This document shows, piece after piece, positions 36,526 to 50,160 of a DNA stretch of 64,000 bases (within the stretch, counting starts at the first letter, position 1; each line of letters opens with the position of its first letter). Below the pieces are notes generated by a model. That model did no database searches and was not told where the DNA came from. It saw only the letters and a list, made by a program, of their open reading frames with translations. The stretch covers positions 15,000,369 to 15,064,368 of the forward strand of contig NC_068988.1 in the NCBI RefSeq assembly GCF_001194135.2, written 5' to 3'. Source of the stretch: Octopus bimaculoides (lineage: Eukaryota). Made by a program: the position numbers and the translations under genes.

Positions 36526-39500
36526 GTATGTATATATACATATATATGTATATGTATGTATGTGTGTTTGTGTGTCTGTGTTTGTCCCCCCCACCATCGC
36601 TTGACAACCGATGCTGGTGTGTTTACATCCCCTTAACTTAGCGGTTCGGCAAAAAGAGACCCATAGAATAAGTACTAGGCTTACAAAGAATAATTCCTGG
36701 GGTTGATTTGCTCGACTAAAGGCGGTGCTCCAGCATGGCCGCAGTCAAATGACTGAAACAAGTAAAAGAGTAAAAGAAAACAATCATCATCATTCATCAT
36801 TTAACGTCCATTTTCCATGCTGGCATGGGTTGGACAGTTTGACAGGAGCTGGCAAGCCAGAAGACTGCACCAGGCTTCACTGCTTTGCCATGGTTTTTAC
36901 AGCTGTATGCCCTTCCTAATAGTAAAAACATAAACAGTAACATTTCAAATTTATTTCAGGAATTAATGGAATTTATGATAATGTTTATTTTACCTTTACA
37001 GGCTCCACACCATGATTTATGAAGGATAAACATCAAAGATTTATTCCTGAAATTTAAAAAGAAAATAAGGATAATTAGCTGGCAGAAGGTGAAAAAATTA
37101 AATGAATCAAATCTTGATACATCATCATTGTTTAATATCTGTTTTCCATGCTGTCATGAGTTGGATGGTTTAACATGGAGCTAGTCAGAATCCAACTGTC
37201 TGTTGTGGCAGTGTTTCTACAGCTGGATGTCCTTCCTAATGCCAAATACTTAACAGAGTGTGCTGGGAACATTTTACGTGACACAGGTATGGGTGCATTC
37301 TCATGCAGCATCAGTACAGGTGTGTTTACACAACATCAGCACAGGTGCTTTTTATGTGGCACCGGCACCTGAAAGGACAAGCCTGTATGTATGGAAGACT
37401 GATTTTATTTAGCTTGAAGCATCTTTTCAAGTACAGCAAATCGTCACAAAAGCCATCAACTATTCAATGACTTGCAAATACATTGAAAAATTTTTAGTCT
37501 CAGTCTGAGACACACAGAGAACATCTGTCTTCTTGTGGTTCATGGCCCTTCATCAAATAATGATATGGTCCCAAGTACACCATGCATGAATAAGAGACAC
37601 GAAGGACATTAATGAAACATCTTGAACAGAGGTTTCTTCAATCAAGACTGAATGGATTTAAATCACAGCATAATATAGTTCAAGTTGAACTCACGATCTA
37701 CAGACTGGTGATCCAATATTTAGGTGTATGTGTGGACACGAATGAGGTTGTGACTGGTTGACAGGACACTGAATAACTGAAAAGAAGACAGTTGGTACCA
37801 TGTCACCAATGCTGCATCTGAGCATATAAAATTTATCTCTCAACTGCAAGAGAAATTAACTCCAATTGTGTGGTCTCTGTTGGCGTTTAGTACCAAATCA
37901 GCTCTTATCAAACTTATGATCAAAGGTGTTCTCATAATGACCAGGCCATCCAGCTCGTTACCTCAGACAATGCCTCTTGTGATTCCACTAATCTTCAAAC
38001 GTATAGAGTAACTAGTCATGCTGTAAACCCTTTTGATATCAACCCATCTGAGACCACCCTTAATTCTAAGATATAAACTTTCTGTTTTAACCCATTACCT
38101 ACCAGTGATCTCATTTGAGATCACTTAAAAATTACAAATTTCGTAATTATCTGTCAATATTTACACATATCTAACCTTTTTGCTATATCTACTAGGTATA
38201 TTTCTCTGATATTCAAATAAGGTTTGCTAATTTTTCACCCAATATCTCACTTATTTCTATTTAAAATGTTATTTTGATCATTCCAGCGTGTTTCTAAGGC
38301 TGTTTTATGCTAGAAATCAAAGTTTCATAAAAAAATTCCAGTTAATAGAATTATGGGAGGTAATGGGTTAAAGTCATCTGTATTAAAACCGTCCATCAAA
38401 ATTTCATGTTATGTTCCAAACATCAGCTTAATAATAATGACAAAGTTATTTTACTAAATTCTTCATTATTTTCAACACTAATTGAAACAAATGGAGTGTA
38501 TATCAACAGAAATAAGGTAACAAAGAGGTTAACAGGGTATGTAACCATCATAACCCTATTTCACTCAAGCAGTGACAAGTGAAGATGCTTAATGTCAACA
38601 TACATACAAACACCCACACATACATCATATTGTTTAAAATTCATCTTCCATGCTGGCGAGTATTGAACAGCTCAACAGGATTTGAAGACCGTGTTGAGTT
38701 TCGATGAATGTTTTGGCAGGGTTTTTGCAGCTGGATACCATTCCTAATGCCAATTACACACATATACATTTATATAGGCTCTATACAGTTTCCATCTACT
38801 CACAAGGCTTTGATTGGCTCAGGACTATAGCAGAAGACACTTGACTAAGGTGCCATGCAGTGGGACTGAACATGAAACTACATGGTTGCAAAATAAATTT
38901 AGTAACTACTCTGTCACATTCACACCGATAAGTATTGAAATAAATAGGGAAAATTCAAATTATAAATTTTGATAAGTGATAGTGTCTAACAGATTGAGGT
39001 CACATATTAGATGTCTGTGTATAAAAATTTATTAAATAATAGGGAAAATGAAAAATAATCATAAATTTTAAGAATCAAATACACTCACTGATTTTTAGAT
39101 TTCTTTAATCCATCTTGAAGATTATGCCAAGCTATATGGTCACCCCATCCTGGAAGAATTAATAATAATGATAGTTTGTTATATTTTAATTATTGTCTTC
39201 ATACTAATTAATATAAAATGTCAGTTACCAAAGACAAAAAAAAATATGACATATAAACTGATATGGTTAACAGTAAAAAAGAAAATATAATTAAAGAGGT
39301 TGAAAAGATCTCCAAAATGTAAAGGTTTCGAGCAGTTGATGGTTTCAAACTTTTTCAGTCTCATCAGCCAAATACAATCTAAACTGAACACTATTAGATA
39401 AATGATATTACCTCTCTTTAGTCTCTTTAGCTAATGGCAGCTTCAGGATAGTCTTAAAACTTACTTCTAATGTGTATATGCATACATGTGTATTCATGTA

Positions 39501-40754
39501 CAGACAAATACTAACTTGCTGATATGCCTACAGATGTGCAAGTACACACTTCTGAACAAGTACAATCATAAACATTGAATGTTGTGCTGGAAAACACAGT
39601 GGATGTCAAATGACAATGATGTTCGTCTAAGCTGAAAATATGATGACATCCTTTTGAATATAGCTATGTCAATACGGTTTGACAAAGTAGAGAAGAAAAA
39701 TCATTCTATGTAGACTCAAAATTCAATACTGATATTGACACAGCTGAGAAAGAGAGCCACAGAAATCGCAATGGAAGCCATCGTTTTTATTTGAACAGCC
39801 ATGCAGTTTATTGAAATTATATCAAATGGCCTCACCCTAATGACGAGACTAAAATTACTGATATATCAGAAAATAGGTCAGCCTTCAATGAATTCTCTCT
39901 CAACTCAAACTGTTGTTCTACATTCTTTGTTTACAATAATAAAATATCAATCTGAAAATTAGACATGGTTGGATATTGATAAGTTTTGAGAGAAAAGACA
40001 GAACTTATAAGGATTACACATAGAGTCAGAGTCTTAAAGCAGTTTTACATATAATTTATACAAAACTATATGTGATGTGTAAGAGCTGGCAAGCTGAAGA
40101 GTTGCACTAGGCTCCTGTCTGAGATACATACATATACATATATATGTATATATATCACAGCCATGGCTAATGCTGGTGGCACATAAAAAGCACCTTTCAA
40201 GTATTGAGTCTGATGGTTGAGCTCCTTTCAAATGTTGGGCCTCACAGAGGCAATGACCGAGACCTTTCACATTACGTTGTGCTTGAGAAGAAAACCCATC
40301 AAGCCAAGTAAAATCACAGTCGTGGCAAATGCAAGTTCCACACAAATAATACCTGTGCTGGTGGCACGTAAAAACACCTTTTGAGCATTGGGTCTCACAA
40401 AGGCAATGACCAAGACCATTTGGCATTATGCTTGTCTTCAAGCATTGGGCCTCGCAGAGGCAATGACCAAGTCCATTTGGTATTATGCCATGCTTGACAA
40501 GAAGACCCATCAAGCCAAATAAAACCACAGTTGTGGCAGATACCGGTGTCACGCAAATGGCACCCATGCTGGTGGCATGTAAAAGCACCCATTACACTCT
40601 CGGAGTGGTGAGTGGTTGGTGTTAGGAAAGGTATCCAGTTGTAGAAACCATACCTAAACAGACTGAAGTCTAGTGTAGCCTTCCAGTTTGCCAGCCCTGG
40701 TCAAACTATCTAACCCATGCCAGCATGGACAACAGATGTTAAGTCAAATGATGA

Positions 40755-40789
<35 letters not shown>

Positions 40790-41554
40790 AAAGTTTCTGA
40801 CTATCAAATTCACCCACAAGGCATTGGTCAGCCTGGAGCTAAATAGAAAACGCTTGTCCAATGTGACACACAGTGGAACTGAAACCAGAACCACATAGTT
40901 GCAAACCAAGCTTAACCACACAGCAATAATACATACACAGGTATGTGTGTGTGTACACAAACACACACAACATGCACACATGTATGTATATAATTGTATA
41001 TATCTGTACACACACACATATACAGGGCGGTAATATTTCCCCATGAGCAGACAAAATTTTTATTTAAATACTGCAAAAACAGAAAGAAAAAAAGAAAAAT
41101 AAACGAAAGAATATGTTTTTCTCCTGAAACTTAGAAAAAAAAAGAAAAATGTTTTCCCCCTAATTGGATCATGAATGTTGCAAGACCAGAAGTTTAAGTT
41201 GAAGGTGAAATCAGTACACCTAATTACCTAGGTGGTACCATTTCATTGCAATATTACATATATATATAGATATATATATATATATAAAAGTTTAACAAGA
41301 ATTTGAGGCTAGTCCAAGACAAAATATTCAAGGCCACAAGAGAAAGAGAATGTGTAACAATACACCCATTAATCTGTCAGTTTTAGTGTCACTTAACTAC
41401 CACAATGGTATGACAATATAATGCTGTTTTATATAACACAGTTCTAAATCCAATAGTGAAAGGCAAGCTTAATGGGAGCTATTTATTATCAAATTATTTT
41501 GCACTTGAATGGCCAAATAATTACTAACAGGTGAGAAATTGCTCAGCCACAAAG

Positions 41555-41597
<43 letters not shown>

Positions 41598-42864
41598 AAT
41601 CAAAAGTAGTGTCTGTCTCTAGGAACAGCAATTTTATAATTAGTATTATTCTGCCAAAGACTTTACAAGAAAGAAGAAAATGGTGATAGAACTCATTCTT
41701 CATCTCTAAACTACATCATTAATTGTCTTTGAAGTACACTTACAACAGAATTTTTACAACACAGTCCAAAGTTGGATTCGTCATCATAGTTCTTTAACGT
41801 CCGCTTTCCATGTGGGTATGGGTTGGATGGTTTGACCAGAGCTGGCAAGCTGAAGAGCTGCAACAGTTTCCAGTCTGATTTCACTTGGTTTCTTTGATTG
41901 GATGCCCTTCCTAGCTCCAACCACTTTGAAGTGTGTGCTGGATGTTTTTAATGTGGCACCAGCACAAATATAACGTTTTTGCAAGCTCTTTCAGTTTCTG
42001 CCTACCAAATCCACTCACAAAGCTTTGGCCTGAGGCTGCATTAGAAGACAGCTGGCCAAGGTGTCATGCTGTGGGACTGAACCCAGAAAATTGTGGTTGG
42101 GAAGCAAATTTCTTATCACAGCCCTGCCTGCACTATCCACACAATTTCAAAAAAAAAATTTTGTTGGTATGTGAATATGTATAAGACATAGTGTTATCAG
42201 TGAGCAGGTACATAATGATTGTGACACAAATCCAATAAATTTGTCTAAGAGCTGGCCTTCTTTAGTTGTCGCTTACGTTGAGGGTTCCAGTTGATCCGAT
42301 CAACGGAACAGCCTGCTCGTGAAATTAACGTGCAAGTGGCTGAGCACTCTACAGACACGTGTACTCTTAACATAGCTCTCGGGGATATTCAGCGTGACAC
42401 AGTGTGACAAGGCTGACCCTTTGAATTACAGGCACAACAGAAACAGGAAGTAAGAGTGAGAGAAAGATGTGGTGGAAGAGTACAGCAGGGTTCGCCACCA
42501 TCCCCTGCCGGAGCCTCGTGGGGCCTTAGGCGTTTTCGCTCAATAAACACTCACAACGCCTGGTCTAGGAATCGAGACCGCGATCCTATGACTGCGAGTC
42601 CGCTGCCCTAACCACTGGGCTATTGTGCCTCCACCTTCTTTAGTAATACCCATACAAATTAAACATAGGAAGCAGTAGAGCATGCAAACATCTAAAAAAG
42701 AGGTTTATGCTGAATGGGACTGTATATCTGCATAGCTTGATAAAATAGTTTGCAAAAGGCCGTTTGAATTGCTTTTGTAGCTTTGTACCAATTAAGGATG
42801 CATAATATAAGTATATGTACTCATGTGTTGAGTGCTACTTCTGTTTGTTCTGCCAAACCTATAT

Positions 42865-42899
<35 letters not shown>

Positions 42900-44896
42900 C
42901 ATGCATGCATACATANNNNNNNNNNNNNNNNNNNNNNNNNNNNNNNNNNNNNNNNNNNNNNNNNNNNNNNNNNNNNNNNNNNNNNNNNNNNNNNNNNNNN
43001 NNNNNNNNNNNNNNNNNNNNNNNNNNNNNNNNNNNNNNNNNNNNNNNNNNNNNNNNNNNNNNNNNNNNNNNNNNNNNNNNNNNNNNNNNNNNNNNNNNNN
43101 NNNNNNNNNNNNNNNNNNNNNNNNNNNNNNNNNNNNNNNNNNNNNNNNNNNNNNNNNNNNNNNNNNNNNNNNNNNNNNNNNNNNNNNNNNNNNNNNNNNN
43201 NNNNNNNNNNNNNNNNNNNNNNNNNNNNNNNNNNNNNNNNNNNNNNNNNNNNNNNNNNNNNNNNNNNNNNNNNNNNNNNNNNNNNNNNNNNNNNNNNNNN
43301 NNNNNNNNNNNNNNNNNNNNNNNNNNNNNNNNNNNNNNNNNNNNNNNNNNNNNNNNNNNNNNNNNNNNNNNNNNNNNNNNNNNNNNNNNNNNNNNNNNNN
43401 CCATGCGAGTAAACGTTAACCAAGCTAACGTTTCTTATTTCTTTATTGCCCACAAGGGGCTAAACATAGAGGGAACAAATAAGGACTGACAAAGGGATTA
43501 AGCCGATTACATTTATCGACCCCGAAAGGATGAAAGGCAAAGTCGACCTCGGCAGAATTTGAACTCAGAACATAAAGACAGACGAAATACCGCTAAGCAT
43601 TTCGCCCGGCGTGCTAACGTTTCTGCCAGCTTTCCCCTCTATGTTGGCCCGCATGGGTAATAAAAAAACAGATCGCTATCTGACAACGAAATTAACACAA
43701 AAACAAAGCACCTTAATTAGTTAAGACAACTACAAAACCAATAAATATTACACATTGTGTGGGTATTAATAGTAGTGTGATTTTAACTGTCAAATAACCC
43801 TAATTCCACTGTATGCAAAGACCGCCACGTAATCTCAGTAATCTTGTTTATTCTATGCCTCTATTTCAGCCCCTGCTCATTTTTGACCTTTTCTTTGTAT
43901 TCTTCTGAAACAAGAAAGCCTACGTCTTCCACCACTTACTCAGGTACCTCGAATTAACCATTTTACTGCTTAACGGTATCAGCCGGCCTTCAGGCTGGGA
44001 CCAAAGCATGTGACCCAGCCATGACTATCTGCTCAACATTCTCCCTTCATCTATATATGCTACTCTCATTATGTCTCCAACTAGTTTCCTTTCTCGCAAA
44101 TCTAGCCATTAGATTCCCGAATATTCTTCAATTTGTCAAACATAACGAATAAATAAATTCTATGGGGACATATATTAAGGGTGTGCTGGGTGAGCACCGC
44201 ACCGATAACCAGAGACGGATATATTTTCCTTCTTGATAATTTCCTGTTGTTGCAATATAATACAATGTGAGTATTATTTCGAAAGAAGCGAAAGTAAAAA
44301 ATACGCTCAGCCGGTGGTTTGGGTTAGGGTTTTTGTTACGCCGAAAACGGGTGGTGTGCGTATTCTTTACCTCCGCCTCCAAGGAATGACTATAATCTTA
44401 TCACAGTTTGCTTTTAAATCTAATAATACTCACATTGAAGTTGCATTATGTATTAAATATAAACTGCTTTTAAATCTAATAATAGTCACATTGAAGTTGC
44501 TTAATGAATTAAATATAGACTGTAGCTTAGATTCATGCCGGAGTAGTAAATTCGGCAGGGAAGCACTCCGTTACAAGAACTGACAATGCAAGTGGTAAAT
44601 TCTGTATTGCTACTCAGAATTAAATAATTATAGCCTACAACATATATTTAGTGCTTTTTCTCTGGTTTGAGGAAAAAAATAAGCGTGATGCGAGTGTATG
44701 TTTGTATGTATATATATATATTGAGAGAAAAAGAGAAAAAAATTACATGGATAATTACAATCTCAATTAGACAGGAAAATGCCAAAAATAAAAGCTAGTA
44801 AATTATAAAATTACCGTTTGCTAAATCATTTTCATTACATAAACAAAGAGTCAGCTGCACCGAAAAAATAAACAAAATTACAGTGTATGCCGCCAT
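30923..44896 (-). CDS. TXNDC12: Thioredoxin domain-containing protein 12 (ERp18), 159 aa. join(44896-44815,39149-39089,37046-36994,35754-35681,34306-34246,33477-33394,30987-30923)
   Basis: 480 nt in frame. Signal peptide, GWGDHIAW, HKSWCGACKALKPKF (CGAC active site), YSPDGGYIPRILFLD, GNPNYKYYY, C-terminal GEEL. Confidence 0.95.
31340..31620 (+). mobile_element. Rex3/Expander-like RTE ORF remnant
   Basis: Homologous to 61330-61510 (-), which reads LQVEPLLLHVEWLQLQYYGLVTRM..RRPKGRSR. Confidence 0.6.
32650..32990 (-). mobile_element. Hero/NeSL-like (RLE endonuclease) LINE C-terminal remnant
   Basis: KRKKYAELVELCQSNG*QARGNPIHVGFKELAGKSFCRVY..GIEGAGRLKAIK..EVASR. Confidence 0.65.
33020..33215 (-). 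mobile_element. SINE family E (LF-SINE/Deu-like GCCTTTCATCCTTTCGGGGTCGATAAA-type motif)
   Basis: Related copies at ~19350-19510, 28632-28860, 35890-36085, 43490-43632, 57890-58110, 60520-60630; domain assignment from memory. Confidence 0.6.
33394..33477 (-). CDS. TXNDC12: TXNDC12 exon 6
   Basis: SNGDVMLDFFNEEGNPNYKYYYPAISQ. Confidence 0.93.
33722..34091 (-). mobile_element. SINE family B
   Basis: tRNA-like head with A/B boxes; near-identical to 42267-42633. Confidence 0.85.
34246..34306 (-). CDS. TXNDC12: TXNDC12 exon 5
   Basis: DDQDSKYSPDGGYIPRILFL. Confidence 0.95.
34365..34811. mobile_element. Two tandem piggyBac-like MITEs sharing a TTAA
   Basis: TTAA-CCCTTTAGCATT...GCAAAAGGG-TTAA-CCCTTTAGCATT...GCTAAAGAG-TTAA. 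Confidence 0.8.
35108..35512 (+). mobile_element. SINE family A
   Basis: Collinear with family A. Confidence 0.8.
35681..35754 (-). CDS. TXNDC12: TXNDC12 exon 4
   Basis: LKPKFADSEEIGELSKEFIMVNSP. Confidence 0.93.
36323..36778 (+). mobile_element. SINE family A
   Basis: Full length, high identity to 5500-5923. Confidence 0.85.
36994..37046 (-). CDS. TXNDC12: TXNDC12 exon 3
   Basis: NKSLMFILHKSWCGACK. Confidence 0.95.
39089..39149 (-). CDS. TXNDC12: TXNDC12 exon 2
   Basis: WGDHIAWHNLQDGLKKSKN. Confidence 0.92.
40090..40760 (+). mobile_element. RTE-family 3' UTR with internally repeated subunit
   Basis: TGGG(C/T)CTC(A/G)CA..GGCAATGACC block occurs three times; ends in (GAT)n. Confidence 0.7.
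42267..42633 (-). mobile_element. SINE family B with 11-bp TSD
   Basis: TSD CCTTCTTTAGT at 42256-42266 and 42634-42644. Confidence 0.88.
44815..44896 (-). CDS. TXNDC12: TXNDC12 exon 1
   Basis: MAAYTVILFIFSVQLTLCLCNENDLAN (hydrophobic signal peptide); phase 1 fits exon 2. Confidence 0.85.
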
Positions 44897-47519
44897 ATTA
44901 ATAACAACCCACACTAAAGGTTCCCTGCCTCAACAATGTCTTATAGAGACTGTGAACCATGTAGGAAATGTAGACCAGGTCTGAAATTATCGTCTGCAGT
45001 GAATATTAAATTAGATTTTTCTCCACCTTTTATTAATCAAGATATTTATTTCTCATATGTTTTCCATAATTTCAAAATTTGTAACTGATCTAAATATACT
45101 GTGTGGTTTCTCGTTCATTTACACTCACTTTGCTTTCCATTCTTCCTTCTTAATCAAAAAAAAAAAAAAAAAAGCTATGATCATTAACTGGTGATGAATC
45201 TCCGTCGTTCGACGATGAGGATTCCGTTGCTTGTTCAACTGAATAACCTACCTTTTAATTAACGTTTAAATGGTTGAGAGTTTTACAGCCACATGTACCT
45301 TTAACATGAGTCAGCACGACAAGGCTGTACTTTTTGAATCATAAGTGCAATCCACCCGAAGGTGTCTGTACAGTTCCCATGCACTTATAATGGGAGCCAA
45401 GGTTCTGGATATCGGTTGAATATCGCCTTTCTTCCATTAATTTCTTATTCTTCGTGTTGCTTAAGGCTTCAGCAGTCGAGTAAAGAAGCATTAAGCAAAA
45501 CGCAGGTTTTCCATTAGTTTTATTTACAATATATACAAAGGTACAAAGGTGTGGTATGTTGCTCTTTTGCAGCCATCTCAGGCGGTGTGAATTCATTGTT
45601 CTCCATTATGCGGGCCATTGCCTTAGGAGAATGTAACAAGCGGAATAGCCTAGAGGTTCAGCCAGTGAAGTGTGCTCTGCGAGCAGTCACGGGTAAAAGA
45701 GGAAAAGAGATCGAACCTCGAGGTTTCTTTCTTTTTATAGTTTTGCCATCGCGAGCCTCGTTGTGAGCTCGTGCATGGCAAATGGATGCAGGTGAGGTCT
45801 TGCCCCAGTCTTGGAGATGGCAATGGCTGCCACGAGATCTCATTTGATATGGCGCTGACTGCTTGTGCCACTACACACTCAATTACACCCAAGTATGAGT
45901 CAGTCCATGACTTTAGAAAATGTCATTTACCCATGTTTCCCTGACAGTGGGATCAAACCCTGGGCCTAGGGGTACCAAACAAACTTCCATTATAATCCCA
46001 TTTCACCTTTATAAATCAGAGGGCATGTACATTTATATAATAAAAATCACTATTTATATGCAGTTTATTAGTATTTATAGACTTATATGTGAGTGTTTGT
46101 TTATTTGTTCACTTAGTATCATTTTTTCGAAGTTAGCAATGGTTTAGAAGAATACATATTGAAGCATTTATGGCTGGATGCCCTTCCTGTTGCTCACCCT
46201 TCTCGAGTAATGGATTTTAATTCTATTTCTCAGTTCCCTTCCTTCCTTGCTGCCACACCTGCCCATTACTTTCTAACAGCACCACCTATGCTGAACCCGG
46301 CCACTGCACCTTCCATTTTAGGGATCTTTTCTGCTGCACCTTTAGTAACCTAATCTATATGCTCCAATGCTCCCTCTGCAATTTTATCTGTGTTGGACAA
46401 ACTGGTTGCAGAGGATAACAAGGTTGTGGAGTGCCTCAGAGACATCGGATTTGGCAATGAACGGCTGGTCTCTAAATATTTCCACTTCACCAACCATTCT
46501 ACCCAACATGTCTTAGTCTTCAGCATGGCTACCTCTCTTGGATTCTCTACCACTTGCCTCCAGAGGGAAAAGAAGCTCATTGTCTCTTTCCAAAATCACT
46601 TGCCTTTCAGTTAGAATTCTCCTTTTCAATTATTCTGTAGCAAGCATGTTCACAGTTTGACTCCTTACCTCTTGGCTCATCACTTGATGGTCGAGTCCCT
46701 CTAGCTTCATGCAGGTTGTCCACCCCATCCCATGACAGACCAGCCAAGCGCACTACCCTCAGCTATATAAGGAAACTTTTTCTGCTATTTCTTCAGTAAG
46801 GTGAGTTGCACGATGGTGTTCAAATCTTCGGCAGAGAGCAGTTATTTTGCCAGCAGCCTCAGCTATTCCTTCACCACATTGCGTTGAACGATGTCATTAA
46901 AAAGTACCTTGAGACAACCCTTTACCTATCCAGGAAATAAGACATTGTGGCACTGCTTGAATCGACATCAGACTTTTTACTGCTTCATTTGTTCTCTCCC
47001 TTCCTCCCTCTCTCTGTGAATCTATTTCTCTTTATGGGTATGAGGAGAGGGAAAGTGCTCATGCCAATCATGTTCAGTTAATAAACTGTGATGTCTCTAT
47101 CTCACTCACTTTATCTGTAAGTGTATATTTCTGTATGCACTTGCATGTGTGCGTCACCTCCTGGTGCCAAAAAATACTCTCGCCAAAACCAGGCTGAATA
47201 CCCAGTAAACCATGCCAAATCACCAGCATCCTAACAGCTGTGCATGACTGTCTCGTTCCGACCTATTTGAATGTGGTAGGAGGAAGTCACTTGTCCAGGA
47301 CATCTTGTGACGTTCTCCAGTCCCAACCTTATAGTTCTGGACATAAAGCTGGGAGCTTCTACCTGACATACTGAGGAATGGAAGATGACAGTACAGATTC
47401 CTTTCCATGATGCTTATTGTTGAGTCGGTTGGAATATTCCCTCAGTATCTGGATTACAGCTTATATCTTTTAAATTAGGACAAAGGCATGAGACCTGAGA
47501 AAGAGTCTCGGGAGGTAGA

Positions 47520-48160
47520 ATATCTCATACAGGTATACTGGTGGGTACTCTTCAAGACAGTGCTTTTACGATCTTGTAAGTAGAGGAGATATGTTATTCA
47601 ACAAAGGGTGTGGAGTTTGTTTTGACGTCGTGTGCAAGACAGAAAACTGCACTGGTATGACTATGTGATGCGTATGAATGAAGACAATTGCATCAAGAGG
47701 TACCATCTCTCATTGTAGAGGAAGCATGTGGAAGGGGTAGGCCCAGGAGGAAGTGGGATAAAATGGTGAAAAGGATCTACAGACATTGGGACTCACAGTG
47801 GGGATGACAGGGAACCAAAACTCCTGGCGGTTGGCTGTGGTTGAAAAGACATGTCAAGCTAAATAAAAGCATGGTCGCCCTTGCATACAGGCTCATCCCC
47901 TGCAACCCTCTCCAGCTGAACATTCCTAATCTTGTGGGCTTGTAGGTGCTGAGGCTATGTAAAAAGCACCCGTACCAGTGCTGCATAAAAGCACCCAGTA
48001 CACTTTGTGAAGTGGTTGGCATTAGGAAGGGCATCCAGCTGTGGAAACCATGCTAAAACAGACATGGAGCCTGAACAGCCTTTCAGCTGGTCAGCTCCTG
48101 TCAAACCGTCCAACCTAAGCCAGCATGGAAAACAGCTGTTACATGATGATGATGATGACA
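47520..48160 (+). mobile_element. Degenerate RTE LINE 3' end
   Basis: LHWYDYVMRMNED..GRGRPRRKW-like peptide, 3' UTR and (GAT)n. Confidence 0.75.
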
Positions 48161-49385
48161 TGTATTTGAGAGAAATATATGTGACTCATACACAAAATAA
48201 CAAGACAGTTTATATAATGGCATGACATGTATACAAAAAATGAAAAAAAAAAAAAGATTTGATTCAAAATCTTAAAACAATGAAATAAAACAAAAAATAG
48301 AAAAGTATTTTTAAAAATTTTCAGGGAGATGTTTTTTTTCATCTGACACAAAAACTTTTCACTTAACTGTTTGATATTCACATTATTTCGTCGAACATAA
48401 TGCTTATTTATTCATTTTGTTTTGACTTAATCAGGCACTGTCTTGTAGTTTTGAGATTTTCATAATTTAACTGTTTATTTAAGAATGACATTGTAGGGTT
48501 GGTGTGAGAGGCCAGATCTGGATAGTTTGAGCATAAAATAGGTAGAACATTTGGGCCAGATATGGCCAAAATGCTAAAGAGTTAAAAGAAAAAGAACAAT
48601 AAGACAAGGTGATAATTAATCCCTCAAGTTATATGAGGAAAATTTATTTTACATATCACTAAAACATACATCTTTAAAAAACTTCTTCCATGTTTAATCT
48701 ATGTGTAAAATTTAAAGTTTATCTTCAAAAGTAAATAATAAAAATATTCAAATAAATGCGTATTGGTAGAATAAAAAAGAAAAGGCATAAAGAACTAAAA
48801 AAAAGAAAACCTAAAGCAGTCTGTTCGTGTAAAAAATTACAGACTTGTACTACTGTTTAGCCATTATCATTCTTTGGTTAAGGTGATGAATTAGTTAGTT
48901 TCTTTCAGCTAAATTTAACTTAGCACATTATTATACCCATTGGTAAAATAAATTACAATCATGTAACAGATAGTTGTTCTTTTCTCTTTTTAAAACTGAA
49001 TATTTGATGTCAAAACTGGCAGAAAACTCTATGCCAAAAAATTGCAAGTCCAAATTAGCATAACCATCTAATCCCTACAGTAAGCAAAAGAAGAAAAAAA
49101 ACCTTATTATTTAGCAAAATGGTCTGATAATTTTGAGATAAATCTAATTCAACAACAATTGATGTTGAAGATATACAGTTTCACTATAAAGATCTAAAGA
49201 AGTAAAAAAAAAAAATGAGATTTAATAGATGGAGAGCTATTATTTGAAATTAAAATGAATTTTTATGTTGGCTTGATTGTGAATACAGAAAAAAATATGC
49301 AGAGATATAATCTTTATAATCACTGGTCATCACAACCAAAATATGGCATCAGATATTTCCATGTAGAAACCAGACAGAAGCAGGA

Positions 49386-49457
49386 CTACTGGCAGGTATT
49401 GTAAGAACCACAGTCAGGACACTTCAGTCCTAAAAAGTGAAGGTCAACAACATTTTG
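49386..49457 (-). CDS. RCHY1: RCHY1 exon 8 (last coding exon)
   Basis: QNVVDLHFLGLKCPDCGSYNTCQ*. Confidence 0.92.
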   Translation of the reverse strand, partial: QNVVDLHFLGLKCPDCGSYNTCQ

Positions 49458-50011
49458 CTGAAAGAAAGAAAAATAAATTATTAAAATGTGCCTATATATA
49501 ATGGGGTGCTGAAAAGTTTCTGGCTTTAAGGATATTGCAAAAGGCCCTAGTTGGAAGCTAAACCTTCAGATTTCTTTTACAGGGCTTAGGAAAACTGAAG
49601 GGCCGTTGCCATAAATGTGTGAATCTGAGAGGGGAATATCTTCCTTCCATGTTGGCATGGTTTGGACAGTTTGACAAGAGCTGGCCAGGTAGAAGACTGC
49701 ACCATACTTCTGTGTCAGTTTTGGCATGGATTTTATGGCTGGATGCTCTTCCTGACACCAGCTACTCGACAGAGTGGACTGAGGGCTTTTTACATGGCAC
49801 CAGCACAAGTGAGGTCAGTTTTGGCATGGTTTTCACAGCTGGATGCCCTTCCAAATGCCAACAACTTTACAGTGTGGACTGGATGGTTTTTACATAGCAC
49901 CAAGTAACTTGCAAGACAAGGAATCTTTGAGAGGGGAGGGGGCATTGGAGGAAGTGATCTTGTGTCAGATGATGAAAAGTTAGAGTGTAACAGACAGACA
50001 GAAACATAAGT

Positions 50012-50057
<46 letters not shown>

Positions 50058-50123
50058 NNNNNNNNNNNNNNNNNNNNNNNNNNNNNNNNNNNNNNNNNNN
50101 NNNNNNNNNNNNNNNNNNNNNNN

Positions 50124-50160
<37 letters not shown>

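Noticed and set aside
40034-40588. 184-aa ORF with internal repeats (NGLGHCLCE)
   Set aside because: Antisense read-through of a repeated RTE 3'-UTR subunit; no protein-family signal.
44410-44506. 41-bp direct repeat with 56-bp period
   Set aside because: Only two units; ordinary local tandem duplication.
45551-46980. GC-richer stretch with short ORFs upstream of TXNDC12
   Set aside because: No recognisable protein motif or splice pattern; probably degraded retroelement sequence (an RTE-tail motif lies at ~46170-46195). Needs a repeat-library search.
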